Source: Bryobacterales bacterium
GTDB taxonomy: Bacteria > Acidobacteriota > Terriglobia > Bryobacterales > Bryobacteraceae
Length of the DNA: 64,000 nt
Assembly: GCA_963843255.1 (NCBI GenBank)
Contig: CAWJJQ010000002.1
Location: 78,000-141,999, forward strand
Direction of reading: 5' to 3'
Position numbers and translations under genes: made by a program. Below the pieces are notes generated by a model that saw only the letters and a program-made list of their open reading frames with translations, was not told the origin of the DNA and did no database searches. Below are positions 44,924-54,554 of this stretch, piece after piece (position 1 is the stretch's first letter; every line of letters begins with the position of its first letter).

Positions 44924-47293
44924 TTGCCCCCTTCTTCGCGTACCTCCGTCCCCTGGCCCCACCTTTATCTGGGCGTCGCCCTCACCACCATGGCGACACT
45001 TCTGCTGGAATTGTCGCTCACCCGGATCTTCTCGGTAGTGTTCTACTACCATTTCGCGTTTCTGGCCATCTCGATCGCGCTGTTCGGGCTGGGCGTAGGC
45101 GGCGTTTTTTCATACATCGTGGCCGGCTGGAGAGGACCACTGTTCCGCAAGCTCGGCTACCTTAGTATGGTCAACAGCCTGCTCGTGGTCGCGGCACTGG
45201 CGGTAGTGGTCGCGCAAAAAGAGGATCCCGGTTCGTGGGGCTTGACCCTGGTCTACTTCACCACTTCCCTGCCCTTCTTTGTTTCAGGAGCCGTCGTTTC
45301 GCTGGCGGTTTCGGAAACCGTCGAACGCATCGATCGCGTGTACTTCTTCGACCTGCTGGGAGCGTCCGCAGGATGCCTGCTGCTGGTTCCGTTCCTGAAT
45401 TATCTGGGAGGCATCAACACCGTGGTGTGCGTCGCCGTGCTGTTCGCCGCGGCCGCCGCCATCTGGCACAGCATGAGCGGATCCATCACCCTGCGCGCGG
45501 CCAGCGTGGCCCTGGCGCTGCTGCTGGTGGCATTCATGTTTTATAACGGCGCCAACAACGTCATCGCCATCCGCTACGCCAAAGGGCAGAAGCTGAAGAA
45601 GGAAGAATTTGTGCAGTGGAACAGTTTCTCGCGGATCGCCGTTCGCGACTATTCCATCTTCATCGATGCCGACGCTTCCACCGGCATCGCCAGCTTCGAT
45701 TTCGAACATCTCACGCCGCGCGAACGCCACATGCTGCTGGAGGAGGGTCCGGCGCTGCCGTATGCTCTACGCCCGGGCGCGAAAACGCTGATCATCGGAC
45801 CGGGCGGGGGCTGGGACGTGGCGCGCGCGCTGGCTTCCGGCAGCCACGATATCACCGGCGTCGAGATTAATCCCATCATCGCCGAGACCGTGATGCGCGA
45901 TCGCTTCGCCGCGCAGAGCCGGGGCATCTACCTGCGTCCGGACGTCCGCATTGTGGTGGAAGACGGCCGCAGCTTTGTGCGCCGTAGCCAGGAGAAATAC
46001 CAGGTGGTCCAGGCCACCCTGGTGGATACCTGGGCGTCCACCGCGGCCGGAGCCTTTGCGCTCTCCGAGAACAACCTCTACACCACCGATGCCCTGCGCG
46101 ATTATTTATTGCACCTTACCGATGACGGCATGATAGCCTTCACGCGCTGGGGTCTCGACCCGCCGCGCGAATCGCTCCGGCTCGTCTCTCTCGCCATGGT
46201 GGCTTTGAATCAGCTTGGCGAGCCGGAACCCTGGCGGCACGTGATCGTCGGCCGCGCAGGATCCACCAAGGGCTGGGGCGCGCAGGATACCGTGTTGATC
46301 TCGCGCCGTCCATTCCCTGCCCCCGATCTGGCACGTGCGCGGGCGGCCCTGACAGCCGCGGACATGCAGGCTATCTACATCCCCGGTGAGCGAATTCCCG
46401 GCCAGTTCACCGATCTGCTGCGCAGCTCCAACCCGGCAGCTTACGAGCGCAACTACCAGTACGATATCTCGCCGGTATCCGACAACCAGCCGTTCTTCTT
46501 CTATACCGTCCAGCCGCGCGATATTCTTACGTTCCTGGCCAACGCTTCGCAGCGGTCCGCCGATTACAAGATCAACAAAGCCGTGCCGCTGCTCTATGCC
46601 TTGATGGCCATCAGCCTGCTTGCTACCGGCATCATCCTGGCGCTGCCCCCGGTGGTGCTGGGTGCACGCCTGCCGCGGCACAACGGCGTGCTGCGATTTC
46701 TTTTGTATTTTCTTTTCATCGGCGCCGGATACATCCTGATCGAAATGGCCCTCATCCAAAAGTTCGTGCTGTTCCTGGGCCATCCCACGTACGCGCTCAC
46801 TGTAGTGATATTCTCCCTCCTGGTCTCGAGCGGCCTGGGCAGCTATTTCAGCCGGCGCATTCTGGGAGATGACGACGGCAGGCTGTACCGTGCGATCGTC
46901 CTTATCGCTGTGCTGGTAGCGCTGCTGGCGGTGATCGTCACGCCGCTGCTGGCGGCCGGCGTAGGCCTGCCGCGAGAATTGAAATTCCTCATCACCGTCT
47001 TGTTGATCTCGCCCGCCGGATTCTTCATGGGCATGCCGTTTCCCTCCGGTCTGAAGCGCCTGGAAGAGTGGCACAAGCCATCCGTTCGGTGGGCCTGGTC
47101 GCTGAATGCGGCGGCCAGCGTGCTGGGTTCCGTCGGCGCACTGGTATGTGCCATCTATCTCGGTTTGGTCCAGACACTGCTGGTCGGCGGTCTGCTGTAT
47201 CTGGCCGCCCTGACTGTGGTGATGCGCACCGCGAAAGTCCGGCAAAAACCCGTCTTAAATCCTGTTCCGCTGGCGCAAGCTCCGTTAAACTGA
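44924..47293 (+). CDS. polytopic membrane protein with central spermidine-synthase-like (SpeE-type methyltransferase-fold) domain
   Basis: N-terminal ~7 and C-terminal ~6 hydrophobic helices flank 'LIIGPGGGWDVARAL...ITGVEINPII...VVEDGRSFV...YQVVQATLVDTW'. TTG start at 44924 is uncertain; ATG 44990 is the alternative. Confidence 0.8.
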   Translation: MPPSSRTSVPWPHLYLGVALTTMATLLLELSLTRIFSVVFYYHFAFLAISIALFGLGVGGVFSYIVAGWRGPLFRKLGYLSMVNSLLVVAALAVVVAQKEDPGSWGLTLVYFTTSLPFFVSGAVVSLAVSETVERIDRVYFFDLLGASAGCLLLVPFLNYLGGINTVVCVAVLFAAAAAIWHSMSGSITLRAASVALALLLVAFMFYNGANNVIAIRYAKGQKLKKEEFVQWNSFSRIAVRDYSIFIDADASTGIASFDFEHLTPRERHMLLEEGPALPYALRPGAKTLIIGPGGGWDVARALASGSHDITGVEINPIIAETVMRDRFAAQSRGIYLRPDVRIVVEDGRSFVRRSQEKYQVVQATLVDTWASTAAGAFALSENNLYTTDALRDYLLHLTDDGMIAFTRWGLDPPRESLRLVSLAMVALNQLGEPEPWRHVIVGRAGSTKGWGAQDTVLISRRPFPAPDLARARAALTAADMQAIYIPGERIPGQFTDLLRSSNPAAYERNYQYDISPVSDNQPFFFYTVQPRDILTFLANASQRSADYKINKAVPLLYALMAISLLATGIILALPPVVLGARLPRHNGVLRFLLYFLFIGAGYILIEMALIQKFVLFLGHPTYALTVVIFSLLVSSGLGSYFSRRILGDDDGRLYRAIVLIAVLVALLAVIVTPLLAAGVGLPRELKFLITVLLISPAGFFMGMPFPSGLKRLEEWHKPSVRWAWSLNAAASVLGSVGALVCAIYLGLVQTLLVGGLLYLAALTVVMRTAKVRQKPVLNPVPLAQAPLN

Positions 47294-47314
47294 CAATTAG
47301 GGAGGGACGCCTTA

Positions 47315-49414
47315 TTGGCCACTATCACTAGCGCCCAGCACGCCGCCGCCGGCAAGTGGCACGGACTCGAACCCGAGCAGCTTATCAGCGCCTTTCGCAC
47401 CATGCAGATCTCGCGCCGGCTGGATGATCGCGAGGTGGCGCTCAAGCGCCAAAACAGGATTTTTTTTCAGATCAGCGGGGCCGGCCACGAAGCCGCCGAA
47501 GTGGCTGCCGGCATGTGCCTGCGCGGGGGACACGATTGGATCTTTCCGTACTATCGCGATCGCGCATTATGTCTGACCCTGGGTGTGTCGCCATACGATA
47601 TGCTGCTCCAGGCCGTGGGTGCGGCCGACGATCCCGCTTCCGGCGGCCGCCAAATGCCTTCTCATTGGGGCGATGCGCGGTACAACATCGTCTCGTCATC
47701 TTCCTGCACTGGAACGCAGTTCCTGCAAGCGGTGGGCTGCGCCGAGGCCACGCGCCGGCTCGATCCGGATAGCGATGCCATTACGCTGGTCGCGGGCGGC
47801 GACGGTTCCACCAGCGAAGGCGAGTTTTGGGAATCGCTGAACGCTGCCTGTCTGAATCAACTCCCGCTCCTGTTCCTGATCGAGGATAACGGCTACGCCA
47901 TCTCGGTGCCCATCGAGTGCCAGACCGCCGGCGCGAATATCTCGGCGCTGGTTTCCGGTTTCCCAGGGCTTTTCCAGCGGGAAGTGGATGGCTGCGATTT
48001 CCTGGCAATGTACGAAGTGATGCAGGCGGCCGTCGACTATTGCCGACAGGGACGCGGTCCGGCGCTGGTGCACGCGCACGTCATCCGGCCTTACTCGCAT
48101 TCGCTTTCCGACGACGAACGGCTTTACAAGCCTCCCGCCGAGCGCCAGGCGGAGCAGGCGCGCGATCCCCTGATGCGCTTTCCCAAGTTCCTGCTGGAGG
48201 AAGGCGTGCTCGACCAGAACGCGCTACGCCGCATCACGCTCGAAGTGGATCGCGAAGTGCACGATGCGACGCAAAAAGCCCTGCACGCCGCTCCCGCACC
48301 GCGCGATTCGGTGCTGCGCCACCTGTATTCGGACAAGATCGATCCCACGGCGGAGGAGTTCTCCAGGCCCGCGCAGTTTCATGGCGAACCGAAGACCATG
48401 GTCGATCTGCTGAATGCCACCCTGCACGAGGAAATGCGCCACGATCCGCGCGTCATCGCATTCGGCGAGGATGTGGCTGATTGCAGTCGCGAAAAGAATC
48501 TGGCCGAGGTCAAGGGTAAGGGCGGCGTTTTCAAGGTCACGCACGGATTGCAATCCGAATTCGGGGCCCAGCGCGCGTTCAACACACCGCTCGCCGAAGC
48601 TGCCATTGTGGGGCGTGCCATCGGCATGGCGGTGCGCGGTTTGAAACCAGTGGCCGAGATCCAGTTCTTCGATTACATCTGGCCCGCCATGATGCAGATC
48701 CGCGACGAGATGGCCATTATGCGCTGGCGCTCCAACGGGTCCTTCGCCTGCCCTTTCGTGCTGCGCGTCCCCATTGGCGGCTATCTGAACGGCGGCGCCA
48801 TTTATCATAGCCAGTGCGGCGAGGTGGAGTTTACGCATCTACCAGGCCTGCGCGTGATCATGCCGTCAAACGCGCTGGATGCCTGCGGGCTGCTGCGCAC
48901 GGCCATTCGGTGCGACGATCCAGTGATGTTCCTGGAGCACAAGCGGCTGTATCGCGAACCGTACAACCGCTCGCCGCATCCCGGGGAGGACTACACCATC
49001 CCGTTCGGCAAGGCCCGCATCGTGAAGCCGGGGCATGACCTTACGGTGATCACCTACGGCGCGCTGGTGCAGAAATCGCAGCAGGCCGCTCTGTTGGTGG
49101 AGCGCAAGAACCCCGACCTGAGCGTGGAAGTTATCGACCTGCGCTCGCTCGCCCCCTTCGACTGGAGCGCCATCCGCACGTCGGTCGAGAAGACGAACCG
49201 CGTGATCATCGCGCACGAAGATTGTCTTTCGTTTGGCTACGCGGCGGAGATCGCCGCGCGTATCGCCGACGAATTGTTTGACCGGCTGGACGCTCCCGTC
49301 CGCCGTGTGGCGGCGCAGGACACCTGGGTCGCCTATCAACCGCAGTTGGAAAATGTCATCCTGCCGCAGGTGGAAGACCTGATGGCCGAGATGGAGCGCG
49401 TCCTGGCGTACTGA
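47315..49414 (+). CDS. fused alpha-beta E1 component of a 2-oxoacid (branched-chain/pyruvate type) dehydrogenase, TPP-dependent
   Basis: Alpha part 'YYRDRA', '[15 protein letters not shown]'. Beta part 'VIAFGEDV...GGVFKVT', '[12 protein letters not shown]', '[10 protein letters not shown]'. TTG 47315 lies 8 nt after GGAGGG. Confidence 0.88.
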   Translation: MATITSAQHAAAGKWHGLEPEQLISAFRTMQISRRLDDREVALKRQNRIFFQISGAGHEAAEVAAGMCLRGGHDWIFPYYRDRALCLTLGVSPYDMLLQAVGAADDPASGGRQMPSHWGDARYNIVSSSSCTGTQFLQAVGCAEATRRLDPDSDAITLVAGGDGSTSEGEFWESLNAACLNQLPLLFLIEDNGYAISVPIECQTAGANISALVSGFPGLFQREVDGCDFLAMYEVMQAAVDYCRQGRGPALVHAHVIRPYSHSLSDDERLYKPPAERQAEQARDPLMRFPKFLLEEGVLDQNALRRITLEVDREVHDATQKALHAAPAPRDSVLRHLYSDKIDPTAEEFSRPAQFHGEPKTMVDLLNATLHEEMRHDPRVIAFGEDVADCSREKNLAEVKGKGGVFKVTHGLQSEFGAQRAFNTPLAEAAIVGRAIGMAVRGLKPVAEIQFFDYIWPAMMQIRDEMAIMRWRSNGSFACPFVLRVPIGGYLNGGAIYHSQCGEVEFTHLPGLRVIMPSNALDACGLLRTAIRCDDPVMFLEHKRLYREPYNRSPHPGEDYTIPFGKARIVKPGHDLTVITYGALVQKSQQAALLVERKNPDLSVEVIDLRSLAPFDWSAIRTSVEKTNRVIIAHEDCLSFGYAAEIAARIADELFDRLDAPVRRVAAQDTWVAYQPQLENVILPQVEDLMAEMERVLAY

Positions 49415-49601
49415 CCCCCTTCAGCCTCAAAACGTGGTGGGTTGTTAAGTCTGTGTAAACCATGTAACCCATTCCCTGCTCCTACCGCCGAGCTAATTGA
49501 ACTAAGGGGTCCGCACCCGGCTTTACAGCCTCGCACTTGCTTTTCGTTGTGCTGGAGGCGTAGGGCGAGGTGTGTCTGCTGGAACTTGAACTCACCCACC
49601 A

Positions 49602-50693
49602 ATGCGAGCACTAGCGGTTACAGCGCTGTCTTGGGCTCTGGGAGCAGCGGCGATAAACGCTGCCACCTTCGAGGAATTGGCGCAGCAGGCCACCGCCGCG
49701 CGCCGCGGCAATCATATTAAACAGGCTCTGGCTCTCTACAAGCAGGCCCTTGAAGCCAATGCCGCGTGGCCGGAAGGCTGGTGGTTCCTGGGCACTCTAT
49801 CTTATTCCGCATACCGCTACAGCGATTGCGAGGAAGCCTTCGGCCGGTTCTTGAAACTGGATGAGAAAAGGGGTTTAGCTTGGGCGCTGGCGGGTCTGTG
49901 TGAATTTGAGACCGGCAAGTACGACCGCGCCTTCGATCACTTGCAGCGGGGACTGGCGCAGGGCAGCCAGTTGCCGCCCGAAATCGATGCGGGTGTCCGG
50001 TTTCATTATGGTCTGCTTCTGACCAGAGCAGGCCGCTTCGACCAGGCTCGCCGCGAGCTCGAACAATTCGCCCAGGGATGCGACAAGGAACCGATGCTGC
50101 TGGCGGGTATCGGCTTGAACGCCCTGCACGATCCGCGAGTACCCAAGGATGTGCCGCCCGAGCGCCAGGACCTGGTGACGAAAGCCGGAATCGCGACGTG
50201 TGCCTGGATGTTAAGGTCCGCCGACAAAGCCGACAACGGCTTTCACGCTCTTTTGGACGGCTATTCCAATTCGCCGGGAGTTCACTACCTCTACGGGACA
50301 TTCCTCGTGGCGGTTCAGCCGGAACAGGCCAAACGTGAATTTGGGCGCGAACTGGCGCTGAGCCCCGGGAATTCGGATGCGCACGCCATGCTTTCCCTGA
50401 TGTCGTTCAACGCGGGTGACACAGCGAGTGCCATGGCAGAGGCGAGGAAGGCGATCGCCAGAGACGCCCCGGACGCACTCTGCGACTACGCTTACGGCGA
50501 GGCACTCATGCGCACGGGTGACGTGCAAACCGCGACCGGACGCCTCGAGGACGCCGAGCGGCTCGATCCGGAAGCGCTCCAATACCACACCGCCCTAGCC
50601 GGCGCGTACTCCCGCTCAGGCAGGCATGACGATGCGCGGCGCGAGCGGCAACAGGCCCTGGAGATGGCTACAGGGCAACCCGGCGGCGATTAA
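49602..50693 (+). CDS. TPR-repeat protein with signal peptide
   Basis: Signal 'ALAVTALSWALGAAAINA'. Multiple TPR-like helical pairs ('ALALYKQALEANAAWPEGWWFLG', 'AHAMLSLMSFNAGDTASAMAEARKAI', ...). Confidence 0.8.
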   Translation: MRALAVTALSWALGAAAINAATFEELAQQATAARRGNHIKQALALYKQALEANAAWPEGWWFLGTLSYSAYRYSDCEEAFGRFLKLDEKRGLAWALAGLCEFETGKYDRAFDHLQRGLAQGSQLPPEIDAGVRFHYGLLLTRAGRFDQARRELEQFAQGCDKEPMLLAGIGLNALHDPRVPKDVPPERQDLVTKAGIATCAWMLRSADKADNGFHALLDGYSNSPGVHYLYGTFLVAVQPEQAKREFGRELALSPGNSDAHAMLSLMSFNAGDTASAMAEARKAIARDAPDALCDYAYGEALMRTGDVQTATGRLEDAERLDPEALQYHTALAGAYSRSGRHDDARRERQQALEMATGQPGGD

Positions 50694-50694
50694 A

Positions 50695-51771
50695 ATGTGC
50701 GTGCGGCGTGTGGCGGCGTTAGCCGGGTACTCCGCCGCGAGTGCGGCCTTGTGGCTCGTGCTGGCCGGACCCGCGCAGGGGGCCAACCCGCACACCGACA
50801 AGACCGCCTGCGCCACCTGCCATCGTGAAGAGTCGCAATCGTTTCCCCAGGCCGCCATGGCCATCGGCATGGAACTGCCGCCCGATCAGCGGCTATTGAA
50901 AGCGCACCCCAAGCTGACGCTGGAGCAGAACGGTTACACCTACGAGATTGAGCAGAAGCGTGCTGCCAGCACATACACAGTCCGGGATTCCAGCGGCGCA
51001 TTGACGCTCCCGATTCAATATGCGTTCGGAGTACGTAACCAGACCTTCGTCCTGGAGTACCAGGGGAAATTCTACGAGAGCCTGGTGAGCTATTACGAAA
51101 AAGTCGGTGGCTTGGCGACTACCATGGGCGACGAGGGCCTCCATCCTCACAGTCTGGTGGAGGCCATGGGCAGGCTCACGTCCAACCAGGAGATCACGTC
51201 GTGTTTCAACTGCCACGGCACGGGCGGCGTAACAGATAACAAGCTCACACTCGCATCGCTGAAACCGGGATTGACTTGCGATCACTGTCATACGGGAGCG
51301 AACGCCCACATGCAGGCACTCAATGGCGGGCCGCCCGCACCCGCGCCTAAGAAGCTCGGAGCGATGGCGGCAGAAGACATGTCGGAATTCTGCGGCCAGT
51401 GCCATCGCACCTGGGAATCGGTGGTCGAGCAGCACTTGTTTGGCGAGAAGAACGTGCGCTTCCAGCCTTACCGCCTGGCCAACAGTAAATGCTTCCTGGG
51501 CGACGACAAGCGGATCCGCTGCACGGCCTGCCACAACCCACACCAGGATGTGGTTACGAACACGGCCAGCTACGACAAAGCCTGCCTGGCATGCCACAGC
51601 GTGAACGGCGCGCCGGTCGCGACGGCGAAGGCGGCCCCCAAGACCTGCCCTGTGGCGGACAGCGATTGCGCGAGTTGCCATATGCCCAAGGTTCAGGCGC
51701 CTGGCACCCCGTCGGTATTCACCGACCATTTCATCCGGGTAGTGCGCGCCGGGGCCCCTTATCCTTACTGA
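50695..51771 (+). CDS. multiheme c-type cytochrome (7 CXXCH)
   Basis: CATCH, CFNCH, CDHCH, CGQCH, CTACH, CLACH, CASCH. Signal peptide. ATG 50695 lies 1 nt after the TPR gene TAA. Confidence 0.88.
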   Translation: MCVRRVAALAGYSAASAALWLVLAGPAQGANPHTDKTACATCHREESQSFPQAAMAIGMELPPDQRLLKAHPKLTLEQNGYTYEIEQKRAASTYTVRDSSGALTLPIQYAFGVRNQTFVLEYQGKFYESLVSYYEKVGGLATTMGDEGLHPHSLVEAMGRLTSNQEITSCFNCHGTGGVTDNKLTLASLKPGLTCDHCHTGANAHMQALNGGPPAPAPKKLGAMAAEDMSEFCGQCHRTWESVVEQHLFGEKNVRFQPYRLANSKCFLGDDKRIRCTACHNPHQDVVTNTASYDKACLACHSVNGAPVATAKAAPKTCPVADSDCASCHMPKVQAPGTPSVFTDHFIRVVRAGAPYPY

Positions 51772-51909
51772 AGGCTAAACGCCGTTTCGACAAGAAGAGC
51801 CCGATCGAGTACCCGATGGACGCACGCGCCGGGTCCGTTACAAGAAGACGGGGTACCCCCTCGCACGGTGAATACGTTCGCATGTAGCAAGGCACCAGAT
51901 CTCCTCGCA

Positions 51910-52230
51910 TCAATGGACTGCGTGCATCTCCAACGAGCGAAACGAGCAAGAATGTGACCGAAGAACCCAGGCAAAAAGGCCCGCTGGCACCGCGCCCGGA
52001 AATCGTCCACACACCGCGAAGCCCAGCCAAACACCCACGCATGGCGGTATCAGGATGCTGAACTCGTCCAAACCAACCGGCAAGTGGCTGGTGCCCGCAA
52101 AAAAATCGCCGGCAAGTTCAAAGAACGAGACAAGAAGAATGACACACACCGCAAGCAGTACTGGCACACCCAAGAGCTGAACGAAGTAGCCCGTTATGGG
52201 GTGATTGTGTTTCTGCTGTAGCTGAAACAT
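51910..52230 (-). CDS. possible small membrane protein
   Basis: 106-aa ORF with 2-3 hydrophobic segments in a visibly less GC-rich spacer. No homolog recognised. Confidence 0.3.
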   Translation of the reverse strand: MFQLQQKHNHPITGYFVQLLGVPVLLAVCVILLVSFFELAGDFFAGTSHLPVGLDEFSILIPPCVGVWLGFAVCGRFPGAVPAGLFAWVLRSHSCSFRSLEMHAVH

Positions 52231-52276
52231 CGGGCACCGACCTTATTAGTTCGAGTAACCGATAGCAATGTTCCTT

Positions 52277-53557
52277 TTACCCGAGCTTGTCCAGATCCAG
52301 CCCGGCGTCCCACGACTCGTTCGAGCGGATCAATTCATCCCAGGTCGTTTCGCGCCCCGTGTACGCGGCGGTGCGTCCCAGCATGGCGGTTAGCGCGGAC
52401 TCCGCGCCGAGCGCCGCCTGGTTGTGGAACTGGCCGCTGGTGATGCTGCGGATGAATGCTCCGTGCTTCTCGGAATCCGCCTGCGCCAGGTTGTCGGAAA
52501 AGCTGCCGGTGACGGAAAACTCGCCGGTTTTGGCTTTGTCGCTGCCGCCCCAGGTCCAGGCCTCATCGCCCGCGATCTGGAGCGCGCCGGAATATGGCGA
52601 TACCGAATTGCCGCGCGTGCCGAAGAAGCGCTCGCTCACATCGAAGCCGCCTTTGCCGAACTGCGACGAGCTAAAGCTGACGTGCACATCGTTGGGATAG
52701 GTGAAGATCACGTCGAAATGCGACCAGGCATCACCGGGCGATTCCGTGCGTCCTTTGCGCCCGCCGGTACCGATGGCTTTCACCGGATGCCCCTGGAGCA
52801 CCCAATTGCAAATGTCGATGGCATGAATATTCTGTTCCACGATCACGTCGCCGGACAGCACACGGTCGTGCAGCCAGTGGCGCAGGCGCAGCTCGGCCGG
52901 AGACGCTTTCGGATATTCCGCCATGGCCAGGAACGGGCAATAGTAGTGAGCCTCGCCGCAGGCAATTTCGCCCAATGCGCCGGCGTGTATGCGCTTCACC
53001 AGTTCCACGAACGGTGGGGCGTTCCGGATCTGAAATCCCACGTCCAGGCTCAACCGCCCCTGTGCCTTCTTGCCGGTCTCAATGGCGCGCAAGGCGCCCG
53101 CCACATCCACGCTGACCGGCTTTTCGCAGTAGACGTGCTTGCCCGCGGCCACCGCCATCGCCAGGTGCCGCTCGTGAAAGTAGGGCGGCGTGGCGATCAC
53201 CACGGCATCCACCTGCGACGAGCTCATCATCTGTTCGGCGGCGCGCGGTCCCTGGAACATCAACGCGGCATCCACGCTGGCATGATGCTGCTGGCCGGCC
53301 ACCTCGTCAAAATGTTTCTTGGCGGTGACCAGCCGGTCTTCAAACAGATCGCCCAGGGCGACGATGTGCGCGGGTCCGTTCAGCGCGATGCTGGTGGCGT
53401 CGGCCGTGCCGCGTCCGCCGCAGCCCAACAGGCCTACCCGTACGGCAGAGTTCATCTGCGCGCCGCGCACCAGGCGCGAGTCTAAAATCATGAAGCTGGC
53501 CGCCGCTCCGGCAGCTCCTAAAAATGCGCGGCGATCCGTCTTGGTGTTGTCGCTCAT
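52277..53557 (-). CDS. Gfo/Idh/MocA family oxidoreductase with Tat signal
   Basis: 'DRRAFLGAAGAAASF' twin-arginine signal. Rossmann 'VRVGLLGCGGRG'. 'EKP' motif 'VYCEKPVS'. Confidence 0.9.
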   Translation of the reverse strand: MSDNTKTDRRAFLGAAGAAASFMILDSRLVRGAQMNSAVRVGLLGCGGRGTADATSIALNGPAHIVALGDLFEDRLVTAKKHFDEVAGQQHHASVDAALMFQGPRAAEQMMSSSQVDAVVIATPPYFHERHLAMAVAAGKHVYCEKPVSVDVAGALRAIETGKKAQGRLSLDVGFQIRNAPPFVELVKRIHAGALGEIACGEAHYYCPFLAMAEYPKASPAELRLRHWLHDRVLSGDVIVEQNIHAIDICNWVLQGHPVKAIGTGGRKGRTESPGDAWSHFDVIFTYPNDVHVSFSSSQFGKGGFDVSERFFGTRGNSVSPYSGALQIAGDEAWTWGGSDKAKTGEFSVTGSFSDNLAQADSEKHGAFIRSITSGQFHNQAALGAESALTAMLGRTAAYTGRETTWDELIRSNESWDAGLDLDKLG

Positions 53558-53568
53558 ATGGGTCTCCT

Positions 53569-54480
53569 TTAACCGACCAGTTTTTCCAGGTACGCTTTGG
53601 ACGCGCGAATGTCTTCGGCCTGCTTGGCGCCCGAGATCTCCCGCTCGATGGTCAGCGGGCCGTGATATCCCACTTCCTTCAGCCGCCGGATAAACACCGG
53701 GAAATTGACTTTGCCCTGCCCGATAGGCACCTCGCGCCCTAGTTCGTGCGTGCTGGTAGGATACAGTCCGTCCTTGGCGTGCACGCCCTGGACGAGCGGG
53801 CCGAGTATCTCCAACGCGTCCACCGGATTCGCCTTGCCGTACAAAATAAGATTCGCCGCATCGAAGTTCACGCCGATGTTGTCCATGCCGGTATCCTTGA
53901 TGGCCCGGAACAGGGTGATGGGGGTCTCCTGACCGGTCTCACAGCGGAAATTCTGACCATTCTGCTTGCAATAAGCGGCCACCGTACGAATCGCCTCCAC
54001 GGCTTCCTGATACACCGGATCATTGGGATTCTCGGGAATGAATCCGCAGTGCGTCTGGACGGCGGGCACGCCGCACTGCTTGGCGAAGTCCGAAGTCTTC
54101 TTGATCTGGGCGATGCGCGCCGCACGGTACTCCTTGGGCACGAGCCCTATCGTAAGGGGGCCTTTGTAGAAGTCGTAAATCTCCGGTCCCGGACCGCCCG
54201 CCACCAGCGAAGTCGCTTCGATCTGGTAGCGGTCGAGGGCGGCGCGCAACCGCTTGGGCATCTCGGGATCGAATGCTCCCACGCCCACCTGGCAGGTGGG
54301 GAAACCAAAAGACTGCACCTTGCGGATGGCGGCCTCCGGGTCGCTGCCGGCGGAGACGATCAGGCCCAATTGTAAGGCGGGTTTGGCCGTAGCGGCCGGC
54401 GATTTCAGCGGCAGCGCGGCGGCTGCCGCGCCAGCCGCGGCGATCCCGACGAAGCTTCTGCGGTTATACATGCAGTTCAT
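53569..54480 (-). CDS. sugar phosphate isomerase/epimerase (xylose isomerase-like TIM barrel) with Tat signal
   Basis: 'NRRSFVGIAAAGAAAAA' signal. TIM-barrel pattern 'VQTHCGFIPE', 'FRCETGQE', 'IGVNFDAANL', 'VHAKD', 'LTIEREI'. Confidence 0.85.
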   Translation of the reverse strand: MNCMYNRRSFVGIAAAGAAAAALPLKSPAATAKPALQLGLIVSAGSDPEAAIRKVQSFGFPTCQVGVGAFDPEMPKRLRAALDRYQIEATSLVAGGPGPEIYDFYKGPLTIGLVPKEYRAARIAQIKKTSDFAKQCGVPAVQTHCGFIPENPNDPVYQEAVEAIRTVAAYCKQNGQNFRCETGQETPITLFRAIKDTGMDNIGVNFDAANLILYGKANPVDALEILGPLVQGVHAKDGLYPTSTHELGREVPIGQGKVNFPVFIRRLKEVGYHGPLTIEREISGAKQAEDIRASKAYLEKLVG

Positions 54481-54554
54481 TTAAACACCATTCGTGGGAC
54501 AGATTTCGGAGTACCGCAGGCGGTTGGCGTCACCGGTGGGCTGCCACGACCTGC

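Noticed and set aside
46106-47245. 379-aa minus-strand ORF inside the SpeE-like membrane protein gene
   Set aside because: It is antisense to a gene with coherent TM topology and a SpeE-like core. Its composition is dominated by Arg, Gly, Gln and Asp, and it has no motifs.
52424-53485. 353-aa plus-strand ORF opposite the Gfo/Idh/MocA gene
   Set aside because: It is antisense to a gene with a Tat signal, Rossmann motif and EKP motif. Its translation is Arg/Ala/Gly/His-rich.
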